From the NCBI GenBank assembly GCA_030390025.1, contig CM059432.1, positions 60,080,001-60,144,000 on the forward strand: a stretch of 64,000 bases of DNA, in the 5' to 3' direction. The translations under genes were made by a program, and so were the position numbers. The notes beneath the pieces are model-generated. The model was given only the letters and a program-made list of their open reading frames with translations. It searched no databases and was not told the DNA's origin. Positions 37,263 through 49,214 of the stretch are shown piece by piece (position 1 is the stretch's first letter; every line of letters starts with the position of its first letter). Origin of the DNA: Squalus acanthias (lineage: Eukaryota).

Positions 37263-38421
37263 TTGGGGGGGCTGCACTGATTCGGGGCGTCATCCTGCGC
37301 CTGCAGAATCGGAGGCAACAGAGACGCAGAGAGAGAGTGGCAATCATGGCCAGACGGAGGAGGGCCAACAGGCCTCTGCACAGGAGACCTCACCCTCCCA
37401 GGGTATTCCGGGAACAATTCTCCTACATTCATTTGTCTGAGGAGCAGTGTTTGCGCAGGCTGCATTTCAGCAAGGAGGTGGTTACTGAGCTCTGCCACCT
37501 GCTGCAGCCAGATTTGCAGCCTCAACTGAGGACCAGGGCGTCTCTGTCAGTGGCAGTGAAGGTCACAGTGGCTCTGAATTTTTATGCCACTGGCTCTTTC
37601 AAGCAGCTACTGGGGACATCAGCAATACCTCCTAGTTTGCAGTCCATTGCTGTATCCGTCAGGTCACAGATGCCCTCTATAAAAGGAGACACCAGTACAT
37701 CTCCTTCCCGATGACCCGGGCCAAACAGCATGAACGCGCATTGGGCTTTGCGAGGATAGCGGGCTTCCCCATGGTGCAGGGCACCATTGACTGCATGCAT
37801 GTGGCATTGCGGGCACCACATGAGAATGCAGAGGTTTTCCAAAACCGCAAGGGGTTCCACTCCTTAAACGTCCAGTTGGTCTGTGACCACAGACAGCGGA
37901 TACTCGCTGTCAATGCCCGCTATCCCGGCAGCAACCACGATGCTTTCATCCTGCGCCAGACTGGTGTGCCAGACCTTTTCCAGGCACCGCAACAGCCAAG
38001 TGGTTGGCTCTTCGGGGACAAGTGTTATCCACTCTGCAGCTGGCTGATGACACCACTCCGTAACCCCAACAGCCCTGCTGAGCTGCGGTACAATGAGAGC
38101 CATCTCGCCACCAGGAACATCATTGAGCAGACGATCGGCGTGCTCAAGCAACGGTTCCGCTGTCTGGACCACTCAGGAGGAGCCCTGCAGTACTCGCCTG
38201 AGCGAGTCTCCCTCTTCATAGTTGTGTGCTGCATTCTTCATAACCTGGCAATCCTCAGGACCCAGCCAATGCCACCAGGCCTTGGTGCACCACCAGAGGA
38301 GGAGGAAGAGGAGGAGGAAGAGGAGGAGGATGATCAGCAGTAGCACCAAGGCGGGAGGGAGGCCCACAATGTTGAAACTGCAAGGGCCGTCCGTCAATGG
38401 CTGATAACAAGCCGCTTCTAG
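37263..38421 (+). pseudogene. HARBI1-like DDE transposase of element D
   Basis: GFPMVQGTIDCMH, GSNHDAFIL, GDKCYP and IIEQTIG (D-D-E all present); frameshift near 37600; stops near 37634 and 38341; the presumed start reads TTG. Confidence 0.92.
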
Positions 38422-38699
38422 GCCCCTACTCAGGAAATGGCTTTTGGCATGGAGAACAACATGAATGAAAGCAACCCGCAACCCCAAAGCTGGCCAAGGC
38501 AGCAATGATTCCAAAGGCCAAACCTGTACATTTTGAATACAAAACCTTTTTTATTTTACAAACTCTGTGTGTGCCATTTCTTCATGACAAACTAATAGAA
38601 ACAAACACAAAAAATAATTAATTAACATAACTGGTTCTCACAACCTGGAGATAATGGCCAAAACACTAAACAAAAGTTTGAACATGAACCTCGGCCTTT

Positions 38700-40710
38700 A
38701 ATAAAAAAATTCCCAACATTTCGTCACACCTCCTACTTTTTGCCCTTCGAGGGTGATCTCCTTCTCTTGCATACTTCCCCCCTTCCCACCCTACTGCTCC
38801 TCTGTAATGGGGCCCCAGTGGCTGCAGCAAGGCTGGTGGAAGGCTGCTGATTGTCAGAACCTGAGACTGCAGATGCCCTTGAAGGACGGCCTCAACCAGC
38901 TCTGGGCCTGGAGGGCCCGACTGCAGACTGCACCAACTCTGCATGGGCGGCAGCAGTCTGGGCTACAGGCGGTGGCAAGTGCAGTGCAGAAGTGACAGTG
39001 GTGGCAGCAGGAACGCTGTCATCTTGAGAGAGGACAGCAACTCCCTGCTCGACCGACACACTGGCACTCCCATGGGGCAGCACCTCAGCATCCGGAACAA
39101 TCTGCTGGAGCACAGATTGCTGGCCTGCTGCAGCGCGGTGAGAGCCCCGGGGAAATGTGTCCGAACCAGCGACAATGGCAGCAGTCAGTGCTTGCGTGAC
39201 CTCAATCTGAGTCTGCATGAGAGCAGTCTGAGATTGGATCACGGCAGCCAGTGACTGAATTGCAGCACTAAGCATTTGCGTGGCATCCGCCTGTGCTACA
39301 GCGAAGTGCTCCACACTCCTTGCCAGTGCATCAATGTTTTCGGGTACCCTTCCCACTGCACCCATGAGCTGAGTGTGCATGTCCACCGCCTGGTTCATTT
39401 CAGCGATGAGCCGCTCCTCCTCTGCGTCCAGTGCAGCAGGACTCGCTGGCCTACTCTCCCTGCGGGGAGAAGGCCCCCGAGCTTCCCTAGCCACATCGCG
39501 TTGCTGCAGCCCGCTAGGTCCCAGAGCTTCACCCTCATCAGACCCTTCACCCCTGCTCTCTCCAGGGAAGACGTGGTCCTAGTGTGGGCATAGGCTTCCT
39601 CGGGAGAGGGTAGCGTTGATGCTCCAGCTTCCTCTTCCTCCTCGCCTGCAGCTTCACTCCCACTGGCAGCTTGAGGGCCCGTCTCCTCAGCTGCTGAATC
39701 ACCGTCTGAAAGCAGGGAGGTACAAGAGTGGCTTTAGCGTGAGGACAGGGGGGCAGTAAGGGAGGAAGGAGTGCAGCGATTTAGTAAGTTGGATTGAAAG
39801 TGTCAAAGGCTGGTGTTGTGAGGGACAAGTGGAATGAGAGAGGAGAGAAAGCTGATGACATTACCATTGCTGTCCCGAACGGGGTCGACCTCTCCAGGGG
39901 CGACGGGACCGATCACCTGGCTTGCCACAATCCTGTGGACGCGCGCCTCAAGATCGCTGAGGGGTTGCAGCTGAGGCCACCCTCCACTCGTCCGTTGCTG
40001 CTGTCTCCTGTTATGAGATAGCTTGGCCTGCAAGAAAAAGGACGGCGTCTGAGTAAATATACAGCCATGGTCTTGCCTGATGTGCCTCCCATAGTTGAAT
40101 AGCCCTTACAATATACAGCCATGGTCTTGCCTGATGTGCCTCCCATAGTTGAATAGCCCTTAATGTATGCAGCCATGGTCTTGCCTGATGTGCCTCCCAT
40201 AGTTGAATAGCCCTTAATGTATGCAGCCATGGTCTTGCCTGATGTGCCTCCCATAGTTGAATAGCCCTTAATGTATGCAGCCATGGTCTTGCCTGATGTG
40301 CCTCCCATAGTTGAATAGCCCTTACTGTATGCAAGGTGTGGAATGCGTGTGTGTGTTTCATGAGAGGGCCATAGGTGTTGGATGAGTGTTGGGCATTGGG
40401 GTTTTAAGACCCTCTGGAGATAGAGTGAGGTTGAAATGGAGGGATGGAGAGGTATTGAAAAAAAGCCACTCACCCTGACGACCCGAGCGAGGTCGTTGAA
40501 CTTTTTGCGACATTGAGTATGGGTTCTGGGCACCATGCTCCTGGAGGAGACATGCGGAGCCACCTCCCTCCACACTCTTCTGTAGTCGCGCGGCAAAGGC
40601 CTCCTGCCACTCTCAGGGTAGAGTATAGATCTTCTGCGCTCCACCGCGCCAACCAGAGCCTCCAAGGCCCGTTCGCTGAAGCACTGAGCTCGTTCTCTCA
40701 CCCTCTCCAT
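38700..40710 (-). pseudogene. Myb/SANT-like partner gene of element D (exons 40710-40474, 40027-39865, 39705 to about 38700)
   Basis: MERVRERAQCFSERALEAL...RTHTQCRKKFNDL; intron positions and phases as in element C; exon 3 is frameshifted. Confidence 0.9.
40062..40331. repeat. Tandem repeat, 5 x 54 bp, in intron 1 of the element D Myb gene
   Basis: Unit CAGCCATGGTCTTGCCTGATGTGCCTCCCATAGTTGAATAGCCCTTAATGTATG starts at 40062, 40116, 40170, 40224 and 40278. Confidence 0.95.
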
Positions 40711-42974
40711 AGTCCTTGGCTGGAAAATGTAGGCACAGGTCTCTCCAGGCCGAGATTCAAGGCTCCAATGACCAGGGTGTGGCTGGAGAGCAAGATTGAT
40801 CCTCCCCTTTAAGAACTGGCTAGCGCCAGTGTGTCTGTGTTCCATCGCTAACTGACATCACCTGCGCTGCGCCCGCGCTCTGAGTTAGCGCCTCGCTCCT
40901 CGGCCTTTGCGCCTTAAGACAGGTGTGCAGCACCTGATTTAGCACTCCAATCACCTCCAGGGGTGATAAAAGACAATTTTGTAGTCGGAGGTGATAATTA
41001 GCGCCAGGCGCTAAACTTTGCGCCCGGCCGATAATTGCGCACCAAACGGGGCGATACCGAATTTCTACCCCTTTGTGTCTGTCTTCACGGAAGAAAATGC
41101 AAAAAACCTCCCAGAAATAGTGGAGAACCAAGGGTCTAGCGAGAATGAGGAACTGAAAGAAATTAGTATTAGTAAAAAAACAGTACTGGAGAAATTAATG
41201 GGACTGAAAGCCAATAATTCCCCTGGACCCGATGGCCTACAACCTAGGGTTTTAAAAGAGGTGGCTATAGAGAAAGTGGATCCATTGGTTGTCATCTTCC
41301 AAAATTCCATAGATTCTATAACGGTTCCCACGGATTAGAAGGTAGCAAATGTAACCCCACTATTTAAAAAAGGAGGAAGAGAGAAAACAGGGAGCTACAG
41401 ATAGTTAGCCTGACATCAGTAGTTGGGAAAATGCTAGAATCTATTATTAAGGACGTGGTAACAGGGCACTTAGAAAATAATAATAGGATTGGGCAGAGTC
41501 AACATGGATTTATGAAAGGGAAATCATGTTTGACGAATCTGTTAGAGTTTTTTGAGGTTGTAATGAGCAGAATAGATAAGGGGGAACCAGTGGATGTGGT
41601 GTATTTGGATTTTCAGAAGGCATTCTATAAGGTGCCACACAAGAGGTTATTAAACAAAATTAGGGCTCATGGGATTGGGGGTAATATACTAGCATAGATT
41701 GAGGATTGGTTAACGGACAGAAAACAGAGAGTAGGAATAAATGGGTTATTTTCGGGTTGGCAGGCTGCAACTAGTGGGGTACCACAAGGATCAGTGCTTG
41801 GGCCTCAGCTATTCGCAATCTATATCAATGATTTTGGATGAGGGGACCAAATGTAATATATCCAAGTTTGCTGATGATACAAAGCTAGGTGGAAATGTCA
41901 GTTGTGAGGAGGATGCAAAGAGGCTTCAAGGGGATATGGACAGGCTAAATGAGTGGGCAAGAACATGGCAAATGGAATATAACGTGGAGAAATGTGAAGT
42001 TATCCACTTTGGTAGGAAAAATAGAAAGCTGAGTATTTTTTAAATGGTGAGAGATTGGGAAATGTTGGTGTTCAGTAGGACCTGGGTGTCCTTGTCTATG
42101 AATCACTAGAAGTTGACATGCAGGTACAGCAAGCAATTAGGAAAGCAAATGGTATGTTGGCCTTTATTACAAGAGGATTTGAGTACAAGAGTAAAGGCAT
42201 TTTACTGCAATTAAACAGGGCCCTGGTGAGACCACACCTGGAGTACTGTGTACAATTTTGGTCTCCTTACCTAAGGAAGGATATACTTGCCATAGAGGGA
42301 GTGCAACAAAGGTTCACCAGACTGATTCCTGGGATGAGGAGAGATTGAGCAGACTAGGCTTATATTCCCTAGAGTTTAGAAGAATGAGAGGTGATCTCAT
42401 TGAAACATACAAAATTCTTACAGGGCTTGACAGGGTAGATGTAGGGAGGTTGTTTCCCCTGGCTGGGGAGTCTAGAACCAGGGGTCACATTCTCAGAATA
42501 AGGGGTCGGCCATTTAGGACTGAGATGAGGAGAAATTTCTTCACTCAGAGGGTGGTGAATCTTTGGAATTCTCTACCCCAGAGGGCTGTGCAGGCTCAGT
42601 CATTGATTATATTCAAGATAGAGATCGATAGATTTTTAAATATTAAGGGAATCAAGGGATATGGGGATAATGCAGGAAAGTGGAGTTGAGGTAAAAGATC
42701 AGCTATGATCTTATTGAATGGTGGAGCAGGCTCGAGGGGCCGAATGGCCTACTCCTGCTCCTATTTCTTATGTTCTCTGAAATGGTATTTTTCCAGACAG
42801 TTTATTAGCCTGGAAAGTAGCATCAGGAACAAACTGAAGAGGTCTAAGTGATTGGAGATTAATCTGCAAGTGATGCTTCACACAGCTAGGGGAGTGAGGA
42901 ACGCAGACATAACCTGTCTATTAACCTGTTTATGCTGTCTATGCATAAATGGTTTAGAAAGTTATTGTCCTGAG

Positions 42975-43790
42975 CTCCCCTTATGGCTCAGTGGGTAATT
43001 GTGCTGTGTGGTGTAGTACTCAGCGCTACAGACTTGGAAATTCAACCACTGCTCTGTGCTGAGTCAGTTGATTTAATCAAGGTGGCAAAGAGCGAGTAAT
43101 AAATAGCCTCAGTATTACCATGTAAGGAGGAAAACTGTTCAGCATTCCTGTTCCTTTGGTGCCAGCCTTGGCTCAGTGGTAGCACTACTACTAAATCAGA
43201 AGGTTGTGGGTTCAAACACCCCTCCAGAGACTTGAGCACATAATCTAGACTGACACTTCAGAGCAATACTGAGGGAGTGCTTCACTACAGGAGGTGCCGT
43301 ATTTTGAAGGAGACTTTAAAGCCTTCTCAGGTGAATGCAACAGATCCCATGGCACTGTTCAGGGAAGTTTTCTTGGTGTCCTGGTCACTAGTTATCACTC
43401 AACCAACATCGCTAAAACAGATTATCTGGTCATTAGTCTTATTGCTCTTAGTGGTACCTTGCTGTGCACAAATTGGCTACTGTGTTTCCCTACATAACAA
43501 CAGTAACTACACTTAAAATGTGAAGAACTTTGGAACGTCCTGAGGCCGTGAAAGGCGCTATATAAATCCAATTTTATTCTTAGTCACTGACCCCACTGGA
43601 CATGTGTGTGTAGTTATGTGAAGAAAGGATCAGACTAAACTCTGAAGGCCTCATTGTCAAATAGCACATTGACATCCACTGCAGAGGCTTGCATATGAAC
43701 AGTGTTCACTTAAGTGAGGCACTGAGGCTTGCTTCTGCCCTTGGAAATGTACTCTAGTGTGAGTCAATATCCCCACGGTAATGGGGAAAA
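42975..43790 (+). mobile_element. Old tRNA-derived SINE (AmnSINE2-like) interrupted by a Deu SINE
   Basis: A-box-like TGGCTCAGTGG head; the body CTGTGCTGAGT..., ...GACCCC.CTGGA...AGGATCAG...TCAAATAGC resembles AmnSINE2 as remembered, not searched. Confidence 0.55.
43159..43580 (+). mobile_element. Full-length Deu-domain tRNA SINE (SacSINE1-like)
   Basis: A box TGGCTCAGTGG, B box GGTTCAAAC, core GATCCCATGGCAC...AAAACAGATTATCTGGTCATT, L2-like tail AAAGGCGCTATATAAAT. Confidence 0.85.
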
Positions 43791-45640
43791 TACTGTCTTC
43801 TTCACTTAATCACTAAATACAGTGTAGTAATTTTCTAAATTGTATTGCATTATTCCAGAATAGGTCATCACTTGACAGAACAATGCAGGTCATTTTAGTG
43901 AAGTAATTGTTTCGATTTAGTTTTCTTCCCTGCCCTTTCTCTGGGGAGCATCATTCTTCTTGTTGGGAGGGTGAAGTTGATCTTGCACAAATCAGCCTAT
44001 GTCACTCTCTGCCCAGTGGTAAGTGTGCAAAAGTGGGCTCGTGTCAGTTACCTGACTTCCCTTCTCTGCCTATGGCAGAGTATGTGGAGGTCTGTTTGCA
44101 ACATTACCTAAGAACGCAGCCAAGAACAGTAACTTAACAATGATGGAAATTGATCTCTTGTAGTACAGATGGGGGGGATTGGTGTGTGGAACATGGATGT
44201 AAAGAGGTAAGAGGCTCCTGATTGGTTAGATGGTGGTTCATTTCATTCTCCATTCTACTATTATGCGTATCAGTATACTACTAAACCATTTTAGTGAATA
44301 AATATAAAAAAATAAATGAAAAATTACAGCATAAGTACTGGAGGTAGCATAATACCACCCACACCCAACTATAAAACACATACCAAAACAAACATCACTA
44401 ATCAGACAATAACCAGAACCAGAAATGAACTTCATATTTAGCAACAAATTACAAAGTCATCATTTAGTTTCTATACACATGTATACATGTGACTCATTGA
44501 CAAGTGCTCACGAATGCGAAATGCCCCAGCTAGGACTAGATTTTAATTATGTTGAGTGCTAACATTAGCATCCAGGACCAAGAAGGATGCTGATCCCTGT
44601 GCACAGCTCAAAGAACAACTAGTTGAATATGGATCTAGTGGATATGTCTTCCAAGTGGCTGTTTCCCTTCTAGAAATCCCCATGTGGCAGGACCCCAAGC
44701 ATCAAAGATCTCCTGCCAGCTAAACCAGAAACTGAACAGATTGGCAATGCTTTGTCAGGGAGGAGAACCTTTGAATGATTTTTTTCACAGTATGTCTAAG
44801 GAGACGGTACTTTGTACTACTTCTCTCCGGAGTATTGGTCCCTTTTGCCCCTCATTGCCAAATATTGCAAAATAATGGATTTTCAATATCTTGCCCACTA
44901 AATGCATTCTTTCTACATCACTATTTGAGTATGTTAATGAAAACATGATTATATTTTGCTCATGTAAGGTTCACATGTGAAATTCTATATATTTTATTAA
45001 ATATTCAATTTAATTTGTCCTACATTATCATTTTGCAACTCAAGATGAGGCTGCTTGAGAGATTTGAAGTTTTTGCATGCCCACCTCGATGTTTGCAAAG
45101 ATCTCCTGCTGGTTAAACCAGAAACTGAACAGATGGGCGATGTGAGGGGACGTTCCAGTGGCACCACAGGCCAGTCAACAGAACTGCCTATTGTTTTGCA
45201 GTTATAGCAACTGCTAGTGGGAGTTTTGAAGTAATTTTTCCATTTGTTACTTACTGCTCAATTTCACATTTTATATTCTTTTTGTAATTTTACAACCCCA
45301 CTTAATCAAAATTGTGGATAAAGCCCTTCTCAAATCATTTGCATTATATCAGAGATATTCACTTTGATTGTTTTAAAATTAGCGAGAGCAAAATGCTTTT
45401 TATACCATGTTACTGATTACATCATTATCTTTCCTGTAATGAGACATCCACAATTATTAAAATGAACATGGGATGAAATGCACTGTTTAATGAACATAAT
45501 CACAATGAAATTCTGTCCAATTCATAAATATAGGGCTTCTCTGAAATATGTTGCTGCAAAAATGCAACAAGGTACTAGGTATAATGATTCATAAACAGTG
45601 TAACAATTATTAGTATAATTGTATGTTTTTGCATTAAAAC

Positions 45641-45952
45641 AGCAACAACAACTTGCATTTATATAGTTCATTTAATGTAGTAAAACATCTCAAGAACCTT
45701 CACAGGAGCGATTATCAAACAAAATTTGACACATAGGAGAAGCTTGATCACAGAGGTAGGTTTTAAGGAGCGTCTTAAAGAGAGAAGTAGAGAGGGGGAG
45801 AGGTTTAGGGACGGAATTCCAGAACTTAGGACCTAGGCAGCTGGTGGCATGGCTGGCAATGGTGGCGCGAAGAAAATTGAGGATGCGCAAGAGGCCAAAA
45901 AAAAGCGCAGTGATCTCGGAAGACTGTCGGGCTGGAGGAGTTTACAGAGATA
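45641..45952 (-). mobile_element. L2 3' end fragment
   Basis: Reverse complement of the L2 3' UTR and (TTG)n tail seen at 31510-31876. Confidence 0.85.
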
Positions 45953-48400
45953 GATCAAATATTTGTACCTGGAACCAAATCAGTGATTTTGTCTTGTTTG
46001 TGAGAAGGGATAAAAGTTGGAACATAGAATTATATTCAATGGGCAGTCGAAAAGTCCATGTTACATAGGTGGAAATTTTGTTGAGTGGCACCTTAAGATT
46101 TCTTAGTCCGTGAAAATAAACAAGGTGTAAATAAGGGATAAATTAGTTTTACAAGTTAGCATCTACATCCAAAAATCTAAGTCATCTAAATAGAAAAATC
46201 TATAAATAGTGATAAAACAAAGAGATCTTCTGAAAGTAAACAGGGATTCTAAAAACAAAGAAAGGGACTTTATGTGGTTAAATAAATAAAAAAATAAGAA
46301 TTTCTAATTGTAGCTATATAATTTAAAAGGGCAGGAAACAGATATACTATATCCACAAAACCAACATCTTTCTAGCAACATCTTTCCCTATGTATGAAAT
46401 TTCAATTATACCATAATGTGTTTGAATTTTAATACTGGGCATCCACTTCCAATTATTTTCTTTTCAGTCTTAATCCCATTATCCCTCCATAACTCCTTTA
46501 AAACGTACCTGCACAGCTATTATTTTCTGAGCATTCTCATGAGAGAGAGCCTGGGATGTAGCCAGCCCTGCTTGGCTGTAAAGGCCCCGCTGTTTGGAGT
46601 AGTCCACTAGTGCCTTACGCATCCTGGTTTGCAGTGCAGAGAGCTGATGGGATTTTTAAAAAAAGTCAGAGTAGGAGGGGAAATTAATGGCAGTGTTCAA
46701 AAAGAATGATGGAGAGAATATAGAAAGCAGTCAATAGCCCATTCTGTACTGTATAGGCCTGACAGGAATTTCACAGTCTCTTGATTTTTCAGCCCACTCA
46801 TGTGCATTCATCAGAATCCAGTCACATCTGGCTGCTAGGATGGGGGGTTAATTTTCTCTAAATGCTTCAGCAGTTTTGTTCTAGCTGAGGCAAACCAGTG
46901 ACTGCAAAGCTGATGAGTAAAACATTTCTGTTTCACTCAGTTCCATAAAGGCAGCTTGAGGATTTATTTTACCCTTTTGTTTAAAAGCAGGAAGCCTTTG
47001 ATGCTATTCAAACTGCATAAATTGGCTTCACCTAAACTTTAAGATGTAAAATTAAAATACTTTGATGGACGTGTTAGCTGTTTTTATTCCTGTAAAGCTT
47101 ATCATGGCCTAGCAGCATGTGCTTTAGAGCATGACAAAACTAAAGAGCATTAAGCAGCCATCAGCTGCTCTAGGAGAACAATAACAGAAAAGAAATTTCC
47201 AGAAAAACGCATCATCCATCTACCTTACTATGATATTAAAAAAACAAAATGCAACTGTCCATTTTCAGTCCCACTGAGAGTAATACCTCATAATAACCTT
47301 TTATTTCTAAAAATAAGTGGGAGGTTTGAGGATATATGGTAAAATATAAAATGTATGTGACTTGTTGGGTACCTAATCAGGACTATATCATAGCATGACT
47401 TATAAAAATTATTCAAAACATGTGAACTACAAACAGTGGTTTTAAAAACAAATACCTTGCACAAACTTCAGCAAATTTTAATATTAGATAAATTAATTAA
47501 ATTGAAAGTATATATTTTTGTAAGAATATTTCTGCACAATAATTGATTTATGTTGTCACATTATTTTCTATCAGATTAACGCAAGACATTCAAAGCAATC
47601 AGTGAACACTGAGAAAAATGAGTAAGCATGACATCATATGGAAAAAAAATAACTAAAATAAAATTAAAGATGGCCTATGATGCAATTTAGCAGAAAACAT
47701 TCATTGACTTTCAGAGAATAAAAATTTAATACATTTGCTATCCTTTGTTTTATATGTAATTTCCACCAGAATTTTTGAAACATTAGAATAATGTTTGAAA
47801 CAACCAAGTTCATTTCCAGTGTGATGGTATATTTTTGTTGTGTGGCTAAGCAGACTACAGATTTAGCAACTGAATATCAAATATGGCTAGTATATCATTG
47901 TTTCTAAATTACAATTACACAGATTTGCAAGGTAAAATGGTGCACTTCTGTACAAATATTCATGTGCCTTTATTTTCTTATAGTTCGCTAGTACGTTATT
48001 GCAGTTCAAAAAAACTAAAAGAATCTTGAATAGAATTTTTGAGCAAAACAAGTGTTCATAAAAAAACATGCAAAGTGTTTTAAAGTTAGATTTAAAGCAT
48101 GATTATAAAATATTTGGCTCATGCTGTGTGAATGCAATTTTAAATTCCTTATGAGTCCAAGATGGGTCTTTGATCAGATGTGTGTGAAATTTGCTTTTTT
48201 TTAGATCTATTTTCAGCTGACTAACCAGTGTGTTACATTGCCCTAGCTGCTAGAGGACATGAATGTTCCTTTTTGTCATACTTGTCTGTCGGTAGTGGAA
48301 GCTCTATTAGGTTGAGGTTTGAAAAGATCGCATTATTTTTTGCTGAGATAACACTAGTGTATTAGACAGAATACTACAGCAAAGCCCGACAAAACCCTAC

Positions 48401-48757
48401 CACCGCTCTTGACCCCTCCACTTTCTCTGTGTTGTCAGACTTCTCAACATCCAGTTTTGGAGGAGAAAAAATTTCCTCCAATTAACATTGGGAAGACTGA
48501 AGCCATTGTCTTCAGCCTTCACTACAAACCCTAGCTACCGATTTCATCTCCCTCCCTGATCACTGTCTCAAGCTGAATCAGACTGTTCACAACCTCGGCA
48601 TCCTATTTGACCCTGAGTTATGCTCCGACCCCATATCCTCACCATCACGACGGTCAACTTCTACCCACGTAATATCACCTGCCTCAGTCTATCTGCTGCT
48701 GAAACTCGTGTGCATGCTTTTGCTACCTCCAGACTCGACTATTCCAATGCTCTCCTT
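48401..48757 (+). mobile_element. L2 internal fragment
   Basis: FLQLT, NQTVHNLG, AFATSRLDYSNALL; homologous to 31000-31330. Confidence 0.8.
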
Positions 48758-49214
48758 CCATTGCCCTTGTGGAAAACTTATAGATGTATAACATATAGCT
48801 TATAGGAAAGCAGGTTGAGATACAGGTCTTAAAAACCATCTTCCAACTACAACATTAAAATCAGGAAGCAACTGACTGTCTTTTGTTAGCTTCTGTAGAA
48901 GTAGGTTGTCCTGGGTTCTCAAAATCTGAAATCAGGGAGTTGATGTTGAAATTATAGACAATTTTACAGGTTAACAAATTAGAGTTCCACCAACAAATTT
49001 GTACTATTGAGAAGGCAATTTCTTGGATACATGTCATTATAGGCCACTTATAAAAATGCAGCCTTTATTGGTGGACCTTCAAATATAATGCAATACACTT
49101 TCAATAAGAAGATGCAAATTTAAACCTCAGTCTTGTTGACAGTCACACTCTGATTTGTTCCAGAGCAGGAGTTCTGCCAGTCATTACTAAGTAATAGATA
49201 TTTTTAAAAATTTA

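Larger units (their letters stand above)
36745..41071 (+). mobile_element. Full-length Harbinger element D inserted into the CR1
   Basis: Ends GGGGAAAAATGC / GAATTTCTACCCC. Removing the element plus one TTT restores the CR1 sequence AAGTACTTTGTGTCTGTCTTCAC. Confidence 0.93.
35520..42777 (+). mobile_element. Long CR1 LINE (APE endonuclease and RT), decayed, interrupted by Harbinger D
   Basis: LYLNARSIRNK...IAITET and IIMGDFN endonuclease motifs at 35.6-36.0 kb; SPGPDG, QHGFMKGKSCLTNL, KFADDTKL and RPHLEYCVQFWSP at 41.1-42.7 kb; TTTCTTATGTTCT tail. Confidence 0.93.

Noticed and set aside
40062..40331. CRISPR-like array
   Set aside because: Units are head-to-tail with no unique spacers, there are no cas genes, and the context is a eukaryotic intron.
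43159..43230. Genuine tRNA gene
   Set aside because: The A and B boxes are followed by a SINE core and an L2-like tail; there is no intact cloverleaf.
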